DNA of 64,000 nucleotides from a virus: IMG/VR virus record IMGVR_UViG_3300028653_000010; one strand, 5' to 3'. Shown piece by piece: positions 54,082 to 63,482 of this stretch (position 1 is its first letter; each line of letters starts with the position of its first letter). The notes under the pieces were generated by a model. It saw only the letters and a program-made list of their open reading frames with translations, ran no database searches and was not told where the DNA came from. The position numbers and the translations under genes were made by a program.

Positions 54082-54834
54082 ATGATTAATGCCGACTTCA
54101 TCACTGAGATTAAGGCTGAACTTGGGGAGTTCCAGGTAACAAAGACCGCGGTGAGGGCGTTTTTGGTGGCCCAGCAGACAGTACTTGAACGGTCCTTGAA
54201 GAGAGATGGGGTGGTTAACATCCCGAATGTACTAAGGATTCGTCTTGTAGATACCCCACCAAGAGAGGAGAGGCTCGGTAGGAACCCTGTGAACGGAGAG
54301 GTGATGGTTATATCTCCTCGACCCGCCTCGAAGAAGCTTAGGGCTTCTTTCTTAGTTGGGTTCAAGCTTGATGTGGGTGTAGTGGGGTCTATTTCAGACC
54401 TGAAGTCGTTGGAGAGACGCAAGGCGAAGGAGCCGCTAAAGGCTAAAAAGGCGGCTCAGGAGCGGGCATTATCCAAACTAAGTGTTGAAGAGCTTGAGGC
54501 ATTGGGCTTGGAGGAGCTAGCAAGTAAGCTACCAAAGAAAAAACGCGAGCAGGCTGTAGTTGTCTTGGACCCGCCACCACCGCCGCCGCAAGCAACTCCA
54601 CCTAGGGCTGGTAGGTTTACTCCACGACCAAGGACACCTAACTCTGAGCCACAGACTCTTGTCGAACGCATCATCTATGTTATGGGGGGTGACACAATTG
54701 ACTTCGATACTATCTGCACTCGACTTGATGTAAACAACCTGGCACCTCAGCGCAGGTCATCAGTCTCGAATACCCTGAGTGGTAGGAGAGACATCTTTTC
54801 TAGCCCCAAGCGATGGTGGTATAAAGTCAAGTAA
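54082..54834 (+). CDS. HU/IHF-like DNA-binding domain protein with a Pro-rich linker and a C-terminal domain shared with 30495..31070
   Basis: N-terminal ...RLVDTPPREERLGRNPVNGEVMVISPRPASKKLRASF has an HU-like arm. The linker is PPPPPQATPP. The C-terminal ICTRL...SSVSN domain follows. Confidence 0.55.
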   Translation: MINADFITEIKAELGEFQVTKTAVRAFLVAQQTVLERSLKRDGVVNIPNVLRIRLVDTPPREERLGRNPVNGEVMVISPRPASKKLRASFLVGFKLDVGVVGSISDLKSLERRKAKEPLKAKKAAQERALSKLSVEELEALGLEELASKLPKKKREQAVVVLDPPPPPPQATPPRAGRFTPRPRTPNSEPQTLVERIIYVMGGDTIDFDTICTRLDVNNLAPQRRSSVSNTLSGRRDIFSSPKRWWYKVK

Positions 54835-54835
54835 G

Positions 54836-55174
54836 ATGTCTATTAATGTTGTGATGCGCGAGTCCGAGGATGACTTCGAGGTCTTCAGTGTGGCAAGCAC
54901 TCATGACCTGGATGACCTGAATGGGTTTGCACACGACCTAAATGAAGTGCTGAATGAAGGCGGGTCAAACAGGCAGATCCTATTGAATGTGGCAGCCCAC
55001 ATGTTCAATAACTACCAAGGCTCTTCTTGGGCTATCAAAGTTGAGCAATGGAATGGAGGGGTCTATTGGTTTAGCTTCGAAGGGGTTGCGCTATCCGAGT
55101 CGAGTCGTCCTTCATCGCCTATCCCTGAATCAATCAAGAGAGTGTCGCGTTACGAAAGGGATCCGGTCATATAA
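54836..55174 (+). CDS. RYERDPVI-tail family protein (~112 aa; ends ...RVSRYERDPVI)
   Basis: Track ORF 54779..55174, trimmed to the ATG after the upstream stop; conserved tail. Confidence 0.5.
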   Translation: MSINVVMRESEDDFEVFSVASTHDLDDLNGFAHDLNEVLNEGGSNRQILLNVAAHMFNNYQGSSWAIKVEQWNGGVYWFSFEGVALSESSRPSSPIPESIKRVSRYERDPVI

Positions 55175-55502
55175 CTGGATCTCGTTGGTAGCGATTCTTG
55201 ATCTTCTTGGGCTTGGTCAGTACAGGCTCGCCCTTGACTCCTACCGGCGGTGAGATCCACTTTCCATGACATCGAGAGCAGGTCTTGTGAAGGTGCGGGT
55301 CCTTTAGCCAACACCAGCGTATGAGCCGCACCCAAAAGCCGATGAGTGGCCCGCACGCTTTCGGAGGTAGAACCCCAGCGTGCTCGTGGGAACCACTTCT
55401 TTGACAGAGGTGACACCCACTAATCCCGCTCATTATACTGTAGTAGTAATAATCCCCCACTCCACAGTAAGGACAGGGTCCGTTAAGCGCCATCGAACCC
55501 AC
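55167..55502 (-). CDS. Cys-rich RYERDPVI-tail family protein (111 aa; ends ...KNRYQRDPVI); convergent with, and overlapping, the previous gene's tail
   Basis: ORF track; CPYCG...CHLC...CSRCH. Confidence 0.5.
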   Translation of the reverse strand: MGSMALNGPCPYCGVGDYYYYSIMSGISGCHLCQRSGSHEHAGVLPPKACGPLIGFWVRLIRWCWLKDPHLHKTCSRCHGKWISPPVGVKGEPVLTKPKKIKNRYQRDPVI

Positions 55503-55736
55503 CTACACCTAATTGTTGCCCCTAATCAAGGGCTATGATACCCTTGGCCGCATTGGGAGACATTCATGCCATTTTCAGACTGCGAAGTAGCGGGGCTACT
55601 CATCAACGTTGGAACCGGCTTGGATCGGATATACCAACTCACCTCATTTGGTCAGAAGGTTGCCTCAGACTTGCGCGTCCACAAGCAAAACAGAGGAACG
55701 TTCGAGACCTTTGAGCTTGGTGGACTTTGACAGGCT

Positions 55737-56057
55737 TCAACCGGCAAGTGGGGGCGGTTCAACATCATCGAATAGGACTCGCTCAGCTTGACTACTCCAA
55801 TGCAGGCAAGCGGCACCATTCGCAATGAACTCTCCCCACTTGACCCATACATAGAACCCAGGCTTGAGGTCCTCGTGGTGATGGCGCCCTCCCGCCCTCG
55901 TTGTGAACATCTGCTTTGGCCTTACAAATAGGTTGAAGTCAGGGAATATGAGCATTGTCCCATCTTGGCTTGTAGGGTCGGGAACCATGTCAACGAGAGG
56001 CTCACAGAGTAGATCCCCGTTGGCGTATACTCGTACTTTAGGCTTGTCATTGGGCAT
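55737..56057 (-). CDS. hypothetical protein (106 aa)
   Basis: ORF track. Confidence 0.4.
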   Translation of the reverse strand: MPNDKPKVRVYANGDLLCEPLVDMVPDPTSQDGTMLIFPDFNLFVRPKQMFTTRAGGRHHHEDLKPGFYVWVKWGEFIANGAACLHWSSQAERVLFDDVEPPPLAG

Positions 56058-56436
56058 GGAGCCCCCAGTATACCCTATTTTGACATACTCAGATCTGTTT
56101 TATGATACAGTTGCCACGTTATGGCCAGACTGGAGGCCAGGGTCAGAGTATGTGTGGCCAACGGAATGATGGCCCTCATCGCTCAGGTGTACTTAGAGAA
56201 CGGTCAGTCGGCAGCTGAAGCGATGATGGACTTCTCTACAATGCTTCATCACGTGGAAACCGGCTGGTCTGGACCGGACGACGGCAAGAAGCCGACCAAC
56301 CTGATAGTTATCCGCGGCGAGAAAAAGACATGAAAGAGGTAGCTCTGTTCTTTGGGTGCTTGGTTTCAGCAGCATTACTTGGTATAGGCTTGGCCAAGCT
56401 GGAAGTGCGTCGTCGAAGAAAGCGGGGGTACTGGGC

Positions 56437-57168
56437 ATGAATTTTCAGATTGTAGTCTATCGTAATATCAAGTACTTGAACCAACCTGGCGAGGATGCTT
56501 GGGTAGCTTCCTGCAGGCCATTCCCGTGGACAGAGGACGCTCCCCTTCGGGTATGCGGTCCAACTCCCCGTGATGCACAACAGAGGCTGAAACAGGTCAT
56601 CCAACAGCGTCTGGACGCGTCCTATCCTGACTTGGTGACCAATGATATATGGCTCACCCCCAGCGAGCACGCGATGAGTGATGACTCCGTTCGATCTGGA
56701 GACCTGAACAGTCTGAAGGTGCGAGTGGTTGCCTACAAGGGATTGATCATCATCGAGCCCATCGAACCCGAGAATAATGTAGGCAAGGAGTTCGGTTGGG
56801 TGCCGATGGGGCAGACGCGCATCGGGAGTGTCATCTGTGACACTAACAAGTACCTGGGCGTATCGAGAGAAGCCTTCGAACTAATGAAGCAGATCAAGCA
56901 GGGGAGCGATTGCATCGGTGACATCAGCTGGTTTTTGTGCAGTGACGGTACTTGGGCCTTCTCATGGTTTGGGCCAATCTATCGAGTCATCAACCCAGAC
57001 ACTGCAATAGGGGATCGGGACTTCAAAGTCACTGATATCCTACTCAGTACTTGCACAATCATACCCAACGAGGTCCCCGCTGAGGCGACCGAACTGATTG
57101 ATGCGCAAGGTTCTACTACTATTTGGAAGAACCAAGACGGGATTGAGATACCCGCCAATCTGGTGTAG
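56437..57168 (+). CDS. hypothetical protein; the N-terminal domain is HicB-like (UPF0150-like) and paralogous to 57661..57936
   Basis: MNFQIVVYRNIKYL...WVASCRPFPWTEDAPLRVCGPTPRDAQQRLKQVIQQRL versus MKFQIVTYDLPE...HVAHCTPPSWLGSRLRILGDSKEDAKERVVRYLQMHL. The start is set at the ATG inside track ORF 56356..57168. Confidence 0.4.
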   Translation: MNFQIVVYRNIKYLNQPGEDAWVASCRPFPWTEDAPLRVCGPTPRDAQQRLKQVIQQRLDASYPDLVTNDIWLTPSEHAMSDDSVRSGDLNSLKVRVVAYKGLIIIEPIEPENNVGKEFGWVPMGQTRIGSVICDTNKYLGVSREAFELMKQIKQGSDCIGDISWFLCSDGTWAFSWFGPIYRVINPDTAIGDRDFKVTDILLSTCTIIPNEVPAEATELIDAQGSTTIWKNQDGIEIPANLV

Positions 57169-57179
57169 AAGCTGGCATC

Positions 57180-57650
57180 ATGCAAGTTTCTGAAGCCTTG
57201 AGGTTGATCTGGAGCAAAGTGGATCGTCCCAACTCATGCTGTCCTGATATCGAGATCGGATACGTCCGTCGGGTCTTAGGCGAGGTAATGGCAACCGAGG
57301 TTGAAAGCCTCGGAGTCTTCCCAATCGAGAGCGACCGATTCGTACTCGGCCAAGCTTTGATCGGTCCTGTCTACGCCAGTGGGTTAGCTGATGACTGGTA
57401 CGAGTCGAAGCACGTGTACCAAGAACACCCCCAGCCCCCTAACAATGACTTCGAAGATGAAGGCTATCAGAAGGCCATTGAAGACTTCTTTGCAGCTGAG
57501 GACCTAGAGCGCGCCCAACGAACTACAGAGGTCTCTGAGGCCATCGCAAGGCTCAAGGAGCGTGGGTTTCTCAAGGAGCAAATCTCTGCTGCAGATGACC
57601 CAGTAAAGTACCACGTGGACCCGGTCACGATGAGTGCTTTGCCGGTGTAG
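57180..57650 (+). CDS. hypothetical protein (156 aa)
   Basis: ORF track. Confidence 0.45.
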   Translation: MQVSEALRLIWSKVDRPNSCCPDIEIGYVRRVLGEVMATEVESLGVFPIESDRFVLGQALIGPVYASGLADDWYESKHVYQEHPQPPNNDFEDEGYQKAIEDFFAAEDLERAQRTTEVSEAIARLKERGFLKEQISAADDPVKYHVDPVTMSALPV

Positions 57651-57660
57651 TTCAAGGACC

Positions 57661-57936
57661 ATGAAGTTCCAGATCGTTACCTATGACTTGCCAGAACCTG
57701 AAGCCATTGCAACTGGGCATACCCACGTGGCTCACTGCACACCACCTTCTTGGTTAGGATCCAGACTGCGAATACTGGGGGACTCTAAGGAAGACGCCAA
57801 GGAACGAGTGGTACGCTACCTCCAGATGCACTTGAACACACTTCAATCAGAGGGTGGCGAGCTCACTGAAGTCGATCTGGAACCACCAGCAATGAATACT
57901 AAGGACACAGGTGTAATCACTGGGCATGAAGACTGA
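57661..57936 (+). CDS. HicB-like small protein (~91 aa)
   Basis: See the paralog; the start is at the internal ATG of track ORF 57634..57936. Confidence 0.4.
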   Translation: MKFQIVTYDLPEPEAIATGHTHVAHCTPPSWLGSRLRILGDSKEDAKERVVRYLQMHLNTLQSEGGELTEVDLEPPAMNTKDTGVITGHED

Positions 57937-58091
57937 TGATCTGAACCTATAAAGCGTTTTTCCGAAATGGCGTGAAGCCCGTCCCTGGTCAGGTCTGGGT
58001 ATCTAACCAGTCTCAGGACGTGTTCTTCATGGTGTTCGAGTCCTATCTAATAGCTCTCGGCTCGATGGGGCATGCTTCCTGGTTCAAGACG

Positions 58092-58781
58092 TCACAGGGT
58101 AGCTGTATCGATCCACCAAGCGATCAGGAACGAGACAGTCTTGACACTGTACGGTCCGCGCTTGTGGAAGATCTGACCAATCAGCATGGGGTCAGGCTTG
58201 CGTCGAGTACTGGGTAAGATCCCAATGGCATCGAATAGCTTGAGCTTTTGAGCCCGGTCGAGGTCCTCAAGAATCTCGATACGAGCTAGGCTCGCCGGGA
58301 ACGTAACCTCTCGGAAGTAATCCGCATGGCGAACCCTCTTGGTCTTCTCGCCTTCGGTTTCGACTCGAGTGGACATCTTCGGAATAGGGTCCACGTACCG
58401 ACCCTCGCCGGGTGCAAGCATCATTGCCTTCTGCTCATTGGTGTGCTCCCTCAGAGTAGGCTCAGTCTTCTTCGTACGAATGGCAATGAGCTCGATGGGG
58501 AAGTTTGGGACAATGCAGTACCCAGCCTGCAGAGCCAACTTGATCTTCTCGTAGTACTGCACGCTCCCTCGGGCTACCATAACGCGGTTGGCGTAGGTGG
58601 TGGTTCTCTGCTTCATGTCCTTGGCTTTGGCAAGCTTGACCTCAGCCTCGGCAAGTAGCGCCTTCTCGACTTCAATCCTAGCTTCAACCCAAAGGATGAG
58701 CTTCTGCTGGGCTAGGGCCATCTCACTTGAGTTACGCGCCACTACGACCAAGTCTGTACTCATAGGAAGTGGAAGCTCCAC
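58092..58781 (-). CDS. hypothetical protein (229 aa)
   Basis: ORF track. Confidence 0.45.
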   Translation of the reverse strand: MELPLPMSTDLVVVARNSSEMALAQQKLILWVEARIEVEKALLAEAEVKLAKAKDMKQRTTTYANRVMVARGSVQYYEKIKLALQAGYCIVPNFPIELIAIRTKKTEPTLREHTNEQKAMMLAPGEGRYVDPIPKMSTRVETEGEKTKRVRHADYFREVTFPASLARIEILEDLDRAQKLKLFDAIGILPSTRRKPDPMLIGQIFHKRGPYSVKTVSFLIAWWIDTATL

Positions 58782-59779
58782 CCCGGGTGCACTCTCAACG
58801 ACTTCTAGCTATCCTCGTGTCGGAGCACCATCGGGCAACCCTAGGGGAGGCAACGTGTGACTACTCGTCGAAGTACTTGCCCAGAACATTCCCAGTACAA
58901 GGAACCTATAACGATTACGGAAGGTTGGATGACGTCAAGGATGACGTGTTCAAGCGTCTTTGGGTCCAAGGGCTGCATACGGACATGTTTGAGCTGAGTG
59001 TCGGGGAGAACCATTGGCATGACATCGCGGTGACTCGGGATATGGACTTTGACCAGCTCTGGGAAGCCACTTGGGAAGAGCGCCTCCTTGTTCCCGGGCA
59101 CTGGTGCTACGGAGAGGAGAAACGGCACGTCAAGGAGGCACCTACGGCCTCAAAGCCAGAAGACCTTCCTCGTACATCTGGGATACGGAATGTGCGAGTT
59201 CAGGTGGCCATGATCCGGGAGGACGTGTGGCAGTCGGTACTGGTCAGCCCCTTCAAGTCTTGGAGTGGTGACTTCCCTACAACCCTAGATAGCTTGAAGA
59301 GCCTCTTGTGCGACTATTGGGTCGAATGCCGGAAGGTATTAGAATCGGCAATCTCCCTCGACACCCTCACAACGGTCCATGATAGGTCAGAGGCGATGCT
59401 CAATGGGGATGACCTATACTCGATTCGGAGCTTGATTCAAGGTGCGTCTTCTATGACCCTTCGTCGATGGGACCACCACTTATCCCGATGCATTAGAGAT
59501 GAGTGCGGCCTCGGGTTAGGGTCCCACTGGCTCATGGCACTCGAAGGAGCGGTTCAACTTAATGAGTTACCTGGGTTCCTGTCGGGCGTAGCCGAGATGG
59601 TCTGGTTTGATCTCGTGAACGGGTACCGTGGTCGGGGTAACCTATGGAAGCCTTCATACGCGGGTGGTCAAGACCGCCCCTGGAAGAACTGGCTGAGGTA
59701 CCACCAAGATATGGCTGGCATCCTCACCGGGATCATCAATAAGGCGACCGAAGAAGGCGACTATGACGGAGAAGAGTGA
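58769..59779 (+). CDS. hypothetical protein (336 aa)
   Basis: ORF track. Confidence 0.5.
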   Translation: MEAPPRVHSQRLLAILVSEHHRATLGEATCDYSSKYLPRTFPVQGTYNDYGRLDDVKDDVFKRLWVQGLHTDMFELSVGENHWHDIAVTRDMDFDQLWEATWEERLLVPGHWCYGEEKRHVKEAPTASKPEDLPRTSGIRNVRVQVAMIREDVWQSVLVSPFKSWSGDFPTTLDSLKSLLCDYWVECRKVLESAISLDTLTTVHDRSEAMLNGDDLYSIRSLIQGASSMTLRRWDHHLSRCIRDECGLGLGSHWLMALEGAVQLNELPGFLSGVAEMVWFDLVNGYRGRGNLWKPSYAGGQDRPWKNWLRYHQDMAGILTGIINKATEEGDYDGEE

Positions 59780-59991
59780 TGCCTGAAACCCCTAAAGTAC
59801 TCAAAGTCATTAGAGATTCTGTCAAGTGCCCTGGCACTACGTCATTTCAATGTGACGCAAACGGGAGGCCCTACCTGTGCATCAGCATAAGTAAGGGTGA
59901 ATCGATGCAGATCCCCACGGACAACTTCACGGTAGACTGCATGCGAGCGGTCATCGAAGCCTTCGAGGTTCAGCGTAAATTTATAGGTTGA
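59776..59991 (+). CDS. hypothetical protein (71 aa)
   Basis: ORF track; ATGA overlap. Confidence 0.35.
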   Translation: MMPETPKVLKVIRDSVKCPGTTSFQCDANGRPYLCISISKGESMQIPTDNFTVDCMRAVIEAFEVQRKFIG

Positions 59992-60242
59992 CTCTGAAGC
60001 TCGTCTTTGGCTAGCTTGGCCAAGTATCGCATGACGAGCCAGTCCTCGACTGAGTTCCCGGATGCCTCGTACCATTTGTCATCTTCTTGCATGAACATCA
60101 GGAATCCTTCCTTGAAGCTCTTAATCTCGTCAGCAGTCAGCCCTTGCTTGGTCAGGTTGAAGTCATTGCACCCATGATTGCTGAACTCACTGGCCGATAA
60201 GTCCAATACTCGAGCTAAAACCTTCAGTTGTGCCTTGTCCAT
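59970..60242 (-). CDS. hypothetical protein (90 aa)
   Basis: ORF track. Confidence 0.4.
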   Translation of the reverse strand: MDKAQLKVLARVLDLSASEFSNHGCNDFNLTKQGLTADEIKSFKEGFLMFMQEDDKWYEASGNSVEDWLVMRYLAKLAKDELQSQPINLR

Positions 60243-60386
60243 TCACCGGTGTACACCGATTATGCACTTTTGCGGAAACCCGTTTCACGATTTACCGTTC
60301 TATCTGGTGACAGTGCTGCCATTCTTGAGTACAATCTCCGCTTGGGTTAGATCAATGAAGATTCGAGCCCAAGTAGTTCTTAGTAA

Positions 60387-60833
60387 GTGGGTATTGAAGT
60401 AGAGGTAAGTGAAGTGTCCTGGTTCGAGTACGGCACCCCAGAGAAACGGTCTTGGCGCAAGGGCGTAGCTCTACGGGTACGGGATCTCCCTCCTGAGTTG
60501 TTGGCCTATGTCAACAGGTACAAGGGGCGGTTCCAGCAGATCTTCTACGTCCTTGTCTTAGAGATTCAGGACGACGGGTACGTACTTCTCGAGTACCATT
60601 GCGGCCGCAAGCTGATGTCACCGAAGCAGACGGTGATTACCCAGCACGTCAAAGAGAACCCAGCATGGATCTGTGAGGGGGACCTAGGCCGAGGGTACGT
60701 CGAGGAGAATAGAAAGAAGCGGGCCCCCTCTAAGCTCCAAGTCGTTCAAGCTGAACTTGATGCCTTGAAAGATCAGGTCCTCTGCCTCCATGGTCATATT
60801 CGGCCCTGCTATATCTGTGACAACGATGAGTGA
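60387..60833 (+). CDS. hypothetical protein (148 aa)
   Basis: ORF track. Confidence 0.4.
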   Translation: MGIEVEVSEVSWFEYGTPEKRSWRKGVALRVRDLPPELLAYVNRYKGRFQQIFYVLVLEIQDDGYVLLEYHCGRKLMSPKQTVITQHVKENPAWICEGDLGRGYVEENRKKRAPSKLQVVQAELDALKDQVLCLHGHIRPCYICDNDE

Positions 60834-60851
60834 GAAGGGTTTTAGTACCTG

Positions 60852-61415
60852 ATGCCTAAAGTATATGTTTTTGATTCAGAGATCCCGGCTTACATTGTTA
60901 AAACAGAGAAGCCAACTGGATACAAAACCGATGAAGTTGAACTGACTGACGAGGAGTTGAGCTCCATCTTGGCTGCCGAAGAAGCAATGCTAGACGCTCA
61001 AGAACTATTGAGAGCCAGGTTATTCACCATCTACACGGAGGCTCGATTTAGTGAACTAAAGCCGATAATCCAGACGGCTCTGAAACGAGTGGCCTCTCAA
61101 GTTGGTATTCCGTACTTAGGGTTTAGTACAGGGGGTGCAGTTGACTTATTGCATGAGTATTGCACCTTCACAGTTCCTGGTGTTGAACCCGTGGTTCTCG
61201 GGGTGACAATTAGGGCGGTGGATGGGCTGTTCAACCTCTCTGTTGACATTACGGGTGAAGACTCTGGGACTATCCATTGGAGATTGCTTAGTCGTGTGAA
61301 GATACCAGGGGCCGCCCTTCGTCAAAAAGTGGAGGAAGAGCTGTTGAAGCTCCCTGAGCCAAGTGCAATTCAGGGGATTCTAACCCAAAAAGAACCCAAT
61401 GCCCCAGCCACCTAA
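60852..61415 (+). CDS. hypothetical protein (187 aa)
   Basis: ORF track. Confidence 0.45.
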   Translation: MPKVYVFDSEIPAYIVKTEKPTGYKTDEVELTDEELSSILAAEEAMLDAQELLRARLFTIYTEARFSELKPIIQTALKRVASQVGIPYLGFSTGGAVDLLHEYCTFTVPGVEPVVLGVTIRAVDGLFNLSVDITGEDSGTIHWRLLSRVKIPGAALRQKVEEELLKLPEPSAIQGILTQKEPNAPAT

Positions 61416-61566
61416 CCTCTTGAACCCTCCGATCAGGGTCGCGCATGGCTTTGCCCAAGAAGGCTCCTAGTCCAACCTTTTTGTGGGCAACTCTCATTTC
61501 TGCCCAAGAAGGCCACTTCGAGCCAGCTCCGCAGTTTGATAGCCGCTAAACCTTTTGTAACCTCGG

Positions 61567-61905
61567 TTGGGTATGAACAGGATCGCCACAGCCGAAGATC
61601 TACAAGCCGAACTCAGAACCTTGTGGGCCATGACCGAAGAGCCTAATCCCAGCAGGGAAAAAATGGCCGCTGCTCTCAATGGTCTAGCTACGCGACTGGC
61701 AGGTACAAAAAGTCAACCTGAGCTACTCAAAAAGATCAACGTGATGAGGACTCAAAAGACTCAACCGCCGAAAAAGCCGATTGAGGCCGCTGCCTTGGCC
61801 AAGGTTTGTAGTGAAGTAGAAAAGTTGGAGAAGCTTATCAGGGCTACATTCGACGATGATTACCGAATAACCATCATGTGTAACGGCTACGCTATAACGG
61901 ATTAG
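61567..61905 (+). CDS. hypothetical protein (112 aa)
   Basis: ORF track. Confidence 0.4.
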   Translation: MGMNRIATAEDLQAELRTLWAMTEEPNPSREKMAAALNGLATRLAGTKSQPELLKKINVMRTQKTQPPKKPIEAAALAKVCSEVEKLEKLIRATFDDDYRITIMCNGYAITD

Positions 61906-61932
61906 GGGCCGTTGTTTGGGTTCTCGTCCTTG

Positions 61933-62421
61933 CTAAGTTAGATTGCCGTTTGAGTCCACTTCAACGGTATCGTAACCGATTGGCCCGGCTAGTTTTGGGG
62001 GTTGTAATCTCGTAGCCAGCCCCCATTGACTCTTAATAATATGTGTCGGGGGAACGTACTTACGCCCACCCTGTGGGTCATCTGGCGGATTGTGGGGCAT
62101 GATCGGCCACGATTCAACCGGAACATTGACCTCGTAAGCAGACACTACCTTCTTATCAAAAACACCAAATATGAACTTTACATCCTTGGCCTCGTTGCAA
62201 TCAATATGCCACCAGCCACAAGTTGCGTTCAAGAGGCCGTCCGAATCACAATCGACAGCTATTTGAGCGTGATCCTTACCGAGAGATTCAACCAAGTCCG
62301 AGCACTTCGTTCTGAGGCTGATCACTAGCTGCGGGTAACTATCGTTCAGACAGACAAACAACGCTCTTGCTTTGGCCATATCCATTTCTAACGGCCCTGT
62401 TGATTGCCTGATAAGCTTCAA
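61933..62421 (-). CDS. hypothetical protein (162 aa)
   Basis: ORF track. Confidence 0.4.
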   Translation of the reverse strand: MKLIRQSTGPLEMDMAKARALFVCLNDSYPQLVISLRTKCSDLVESLGKDHAQIAVDCDSDGLLNATCGWWHIDCNEAKDVKFIFGVFDKKVVSAYEVNVPVESWPIMPHNPPDDPQGGRKYVPPTHIIKSQWGLATRLQPPKLAGPIGYDTVEVDSNGNLT

Positions 62422-62463
62422 GATGTCCCGCGGAGGTTGCCGAGTATCTGGCGTCTTAGAAAC

Positions 62464-63462
62464 CTAGTGTGGAATCTTTGAACACAGGCGAGCAGAGAAC
62501 TGTTGGCCCGTCTCTTTGGCGAAGGTTGCTTTGAGCTTTGCCACTTCTGCCCAGGCGAGCTGAATCCTCTCCCTGGTTGCATCTAAGTTGTATTTGTCAG
62601 CCCTGCCAGATGGCGTACTCTGGAGACTAATCAGTCTTTGTTGGGATAACTTAATGTCTTCAAGATCACCACAAATATTTGGAACACTATCAGTCATCGC
62701 CTCAGCCAGAGCCCGCTCACGCTTACATTTATGGCTGGCCCTGCATCGAGCTTCATTGGCTACTAGAACGTTTATCTGTGCTTCACGGTCATCAACTTCT
62801 TTAGCGGCCTTTGTGAGATACTCTGAGTCGCAACTTGAATCCTTGATAGCTTGTCGAACTATTGCGACTGCTTGCACCCAAGAGTCATCACGCAGGTCAC
62901 TCAAGTAGAAAAAGTACCCTTCACTGAACACTGGCAAGGCATCGAGTCTTGCACTAACCGCTCGGAGGTCACGGTAGATCTTTCCACGATAGCCACTATA
63001 GACCAAGTCAGAATGCTCTTTACGCAAATCAGCTAGCTCTTTTAGCAAAGGACTCTTTAGCCCCTCGGCCATTTGAGGGTTATCCTTAGTGGCATTCTTT
63101 ATACGGCCTATTATATCAGCCACGATCTTTCCAAGCTCGTTCACTTTTCGCTCTTGTGCTGCGAAATCACTACAGGTCGTTATCTGAGAGGTCTTTGGAT
63201 CTGAACCGAACTCTTCTTTCCAGTGTTGTAAGAGTGCTTGTAACTCGTCGTCCGTCGGCGGTTTGCTTGTCGGCTGCCTTGTGGTTGAAGTCAAAACCGA
63301 TGAAGGTTGCCGAATCTCCGAGGCCAGACTCGGTAGAGCCCGTGAGATCCAGGTCAGTAGAATAACCAGCAGGATCATTGGAGTTTTTTGGATTCTGAAG
63401 AACATGGCATTACCACTTATCAAGACTACGGATCTACTCGCTGAATCATAACAGGATACCAA
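62464..63462 (-). CDS. hypothetical exported or membrane-anchored protein (332 aa)
   Basis: N-terminal hydrophobic MILLVILLTWISRALPSLA; coiled-coil-rich body. Confidence 0.45.
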   Translation of the reverse strand: MVSCYDSASRSVVLISGNAMFFRIQKTPMILLVILLTWISRALPSLASEIRQPSSVLTSTTRQPTSKPPTDDELQALLQHWKEEFGSDPKTSQITTCSDFAAQERKVNELGKIVADIIGRIKNATKDNPQMAEGLKSPLLKELADLRKEHSDLVYSGYRGKIYRDLRAVSARLDALPVFSEGYFFYLSDLRDDSWVQAVAIVRQAIKDSSCDSEYLTKAAKEVDDREAQINVLVANEARCRASHKCKRERALAEAMTDSVPNICGDLEDIKLSQQRLISLQSTPSGRADKYNLDATRERIQLAWAEVAKLKATFAKETGQQFSARLCSKIPH

Positions 63463-63482
63463 TTATACGCCGGTAGAGTCGA

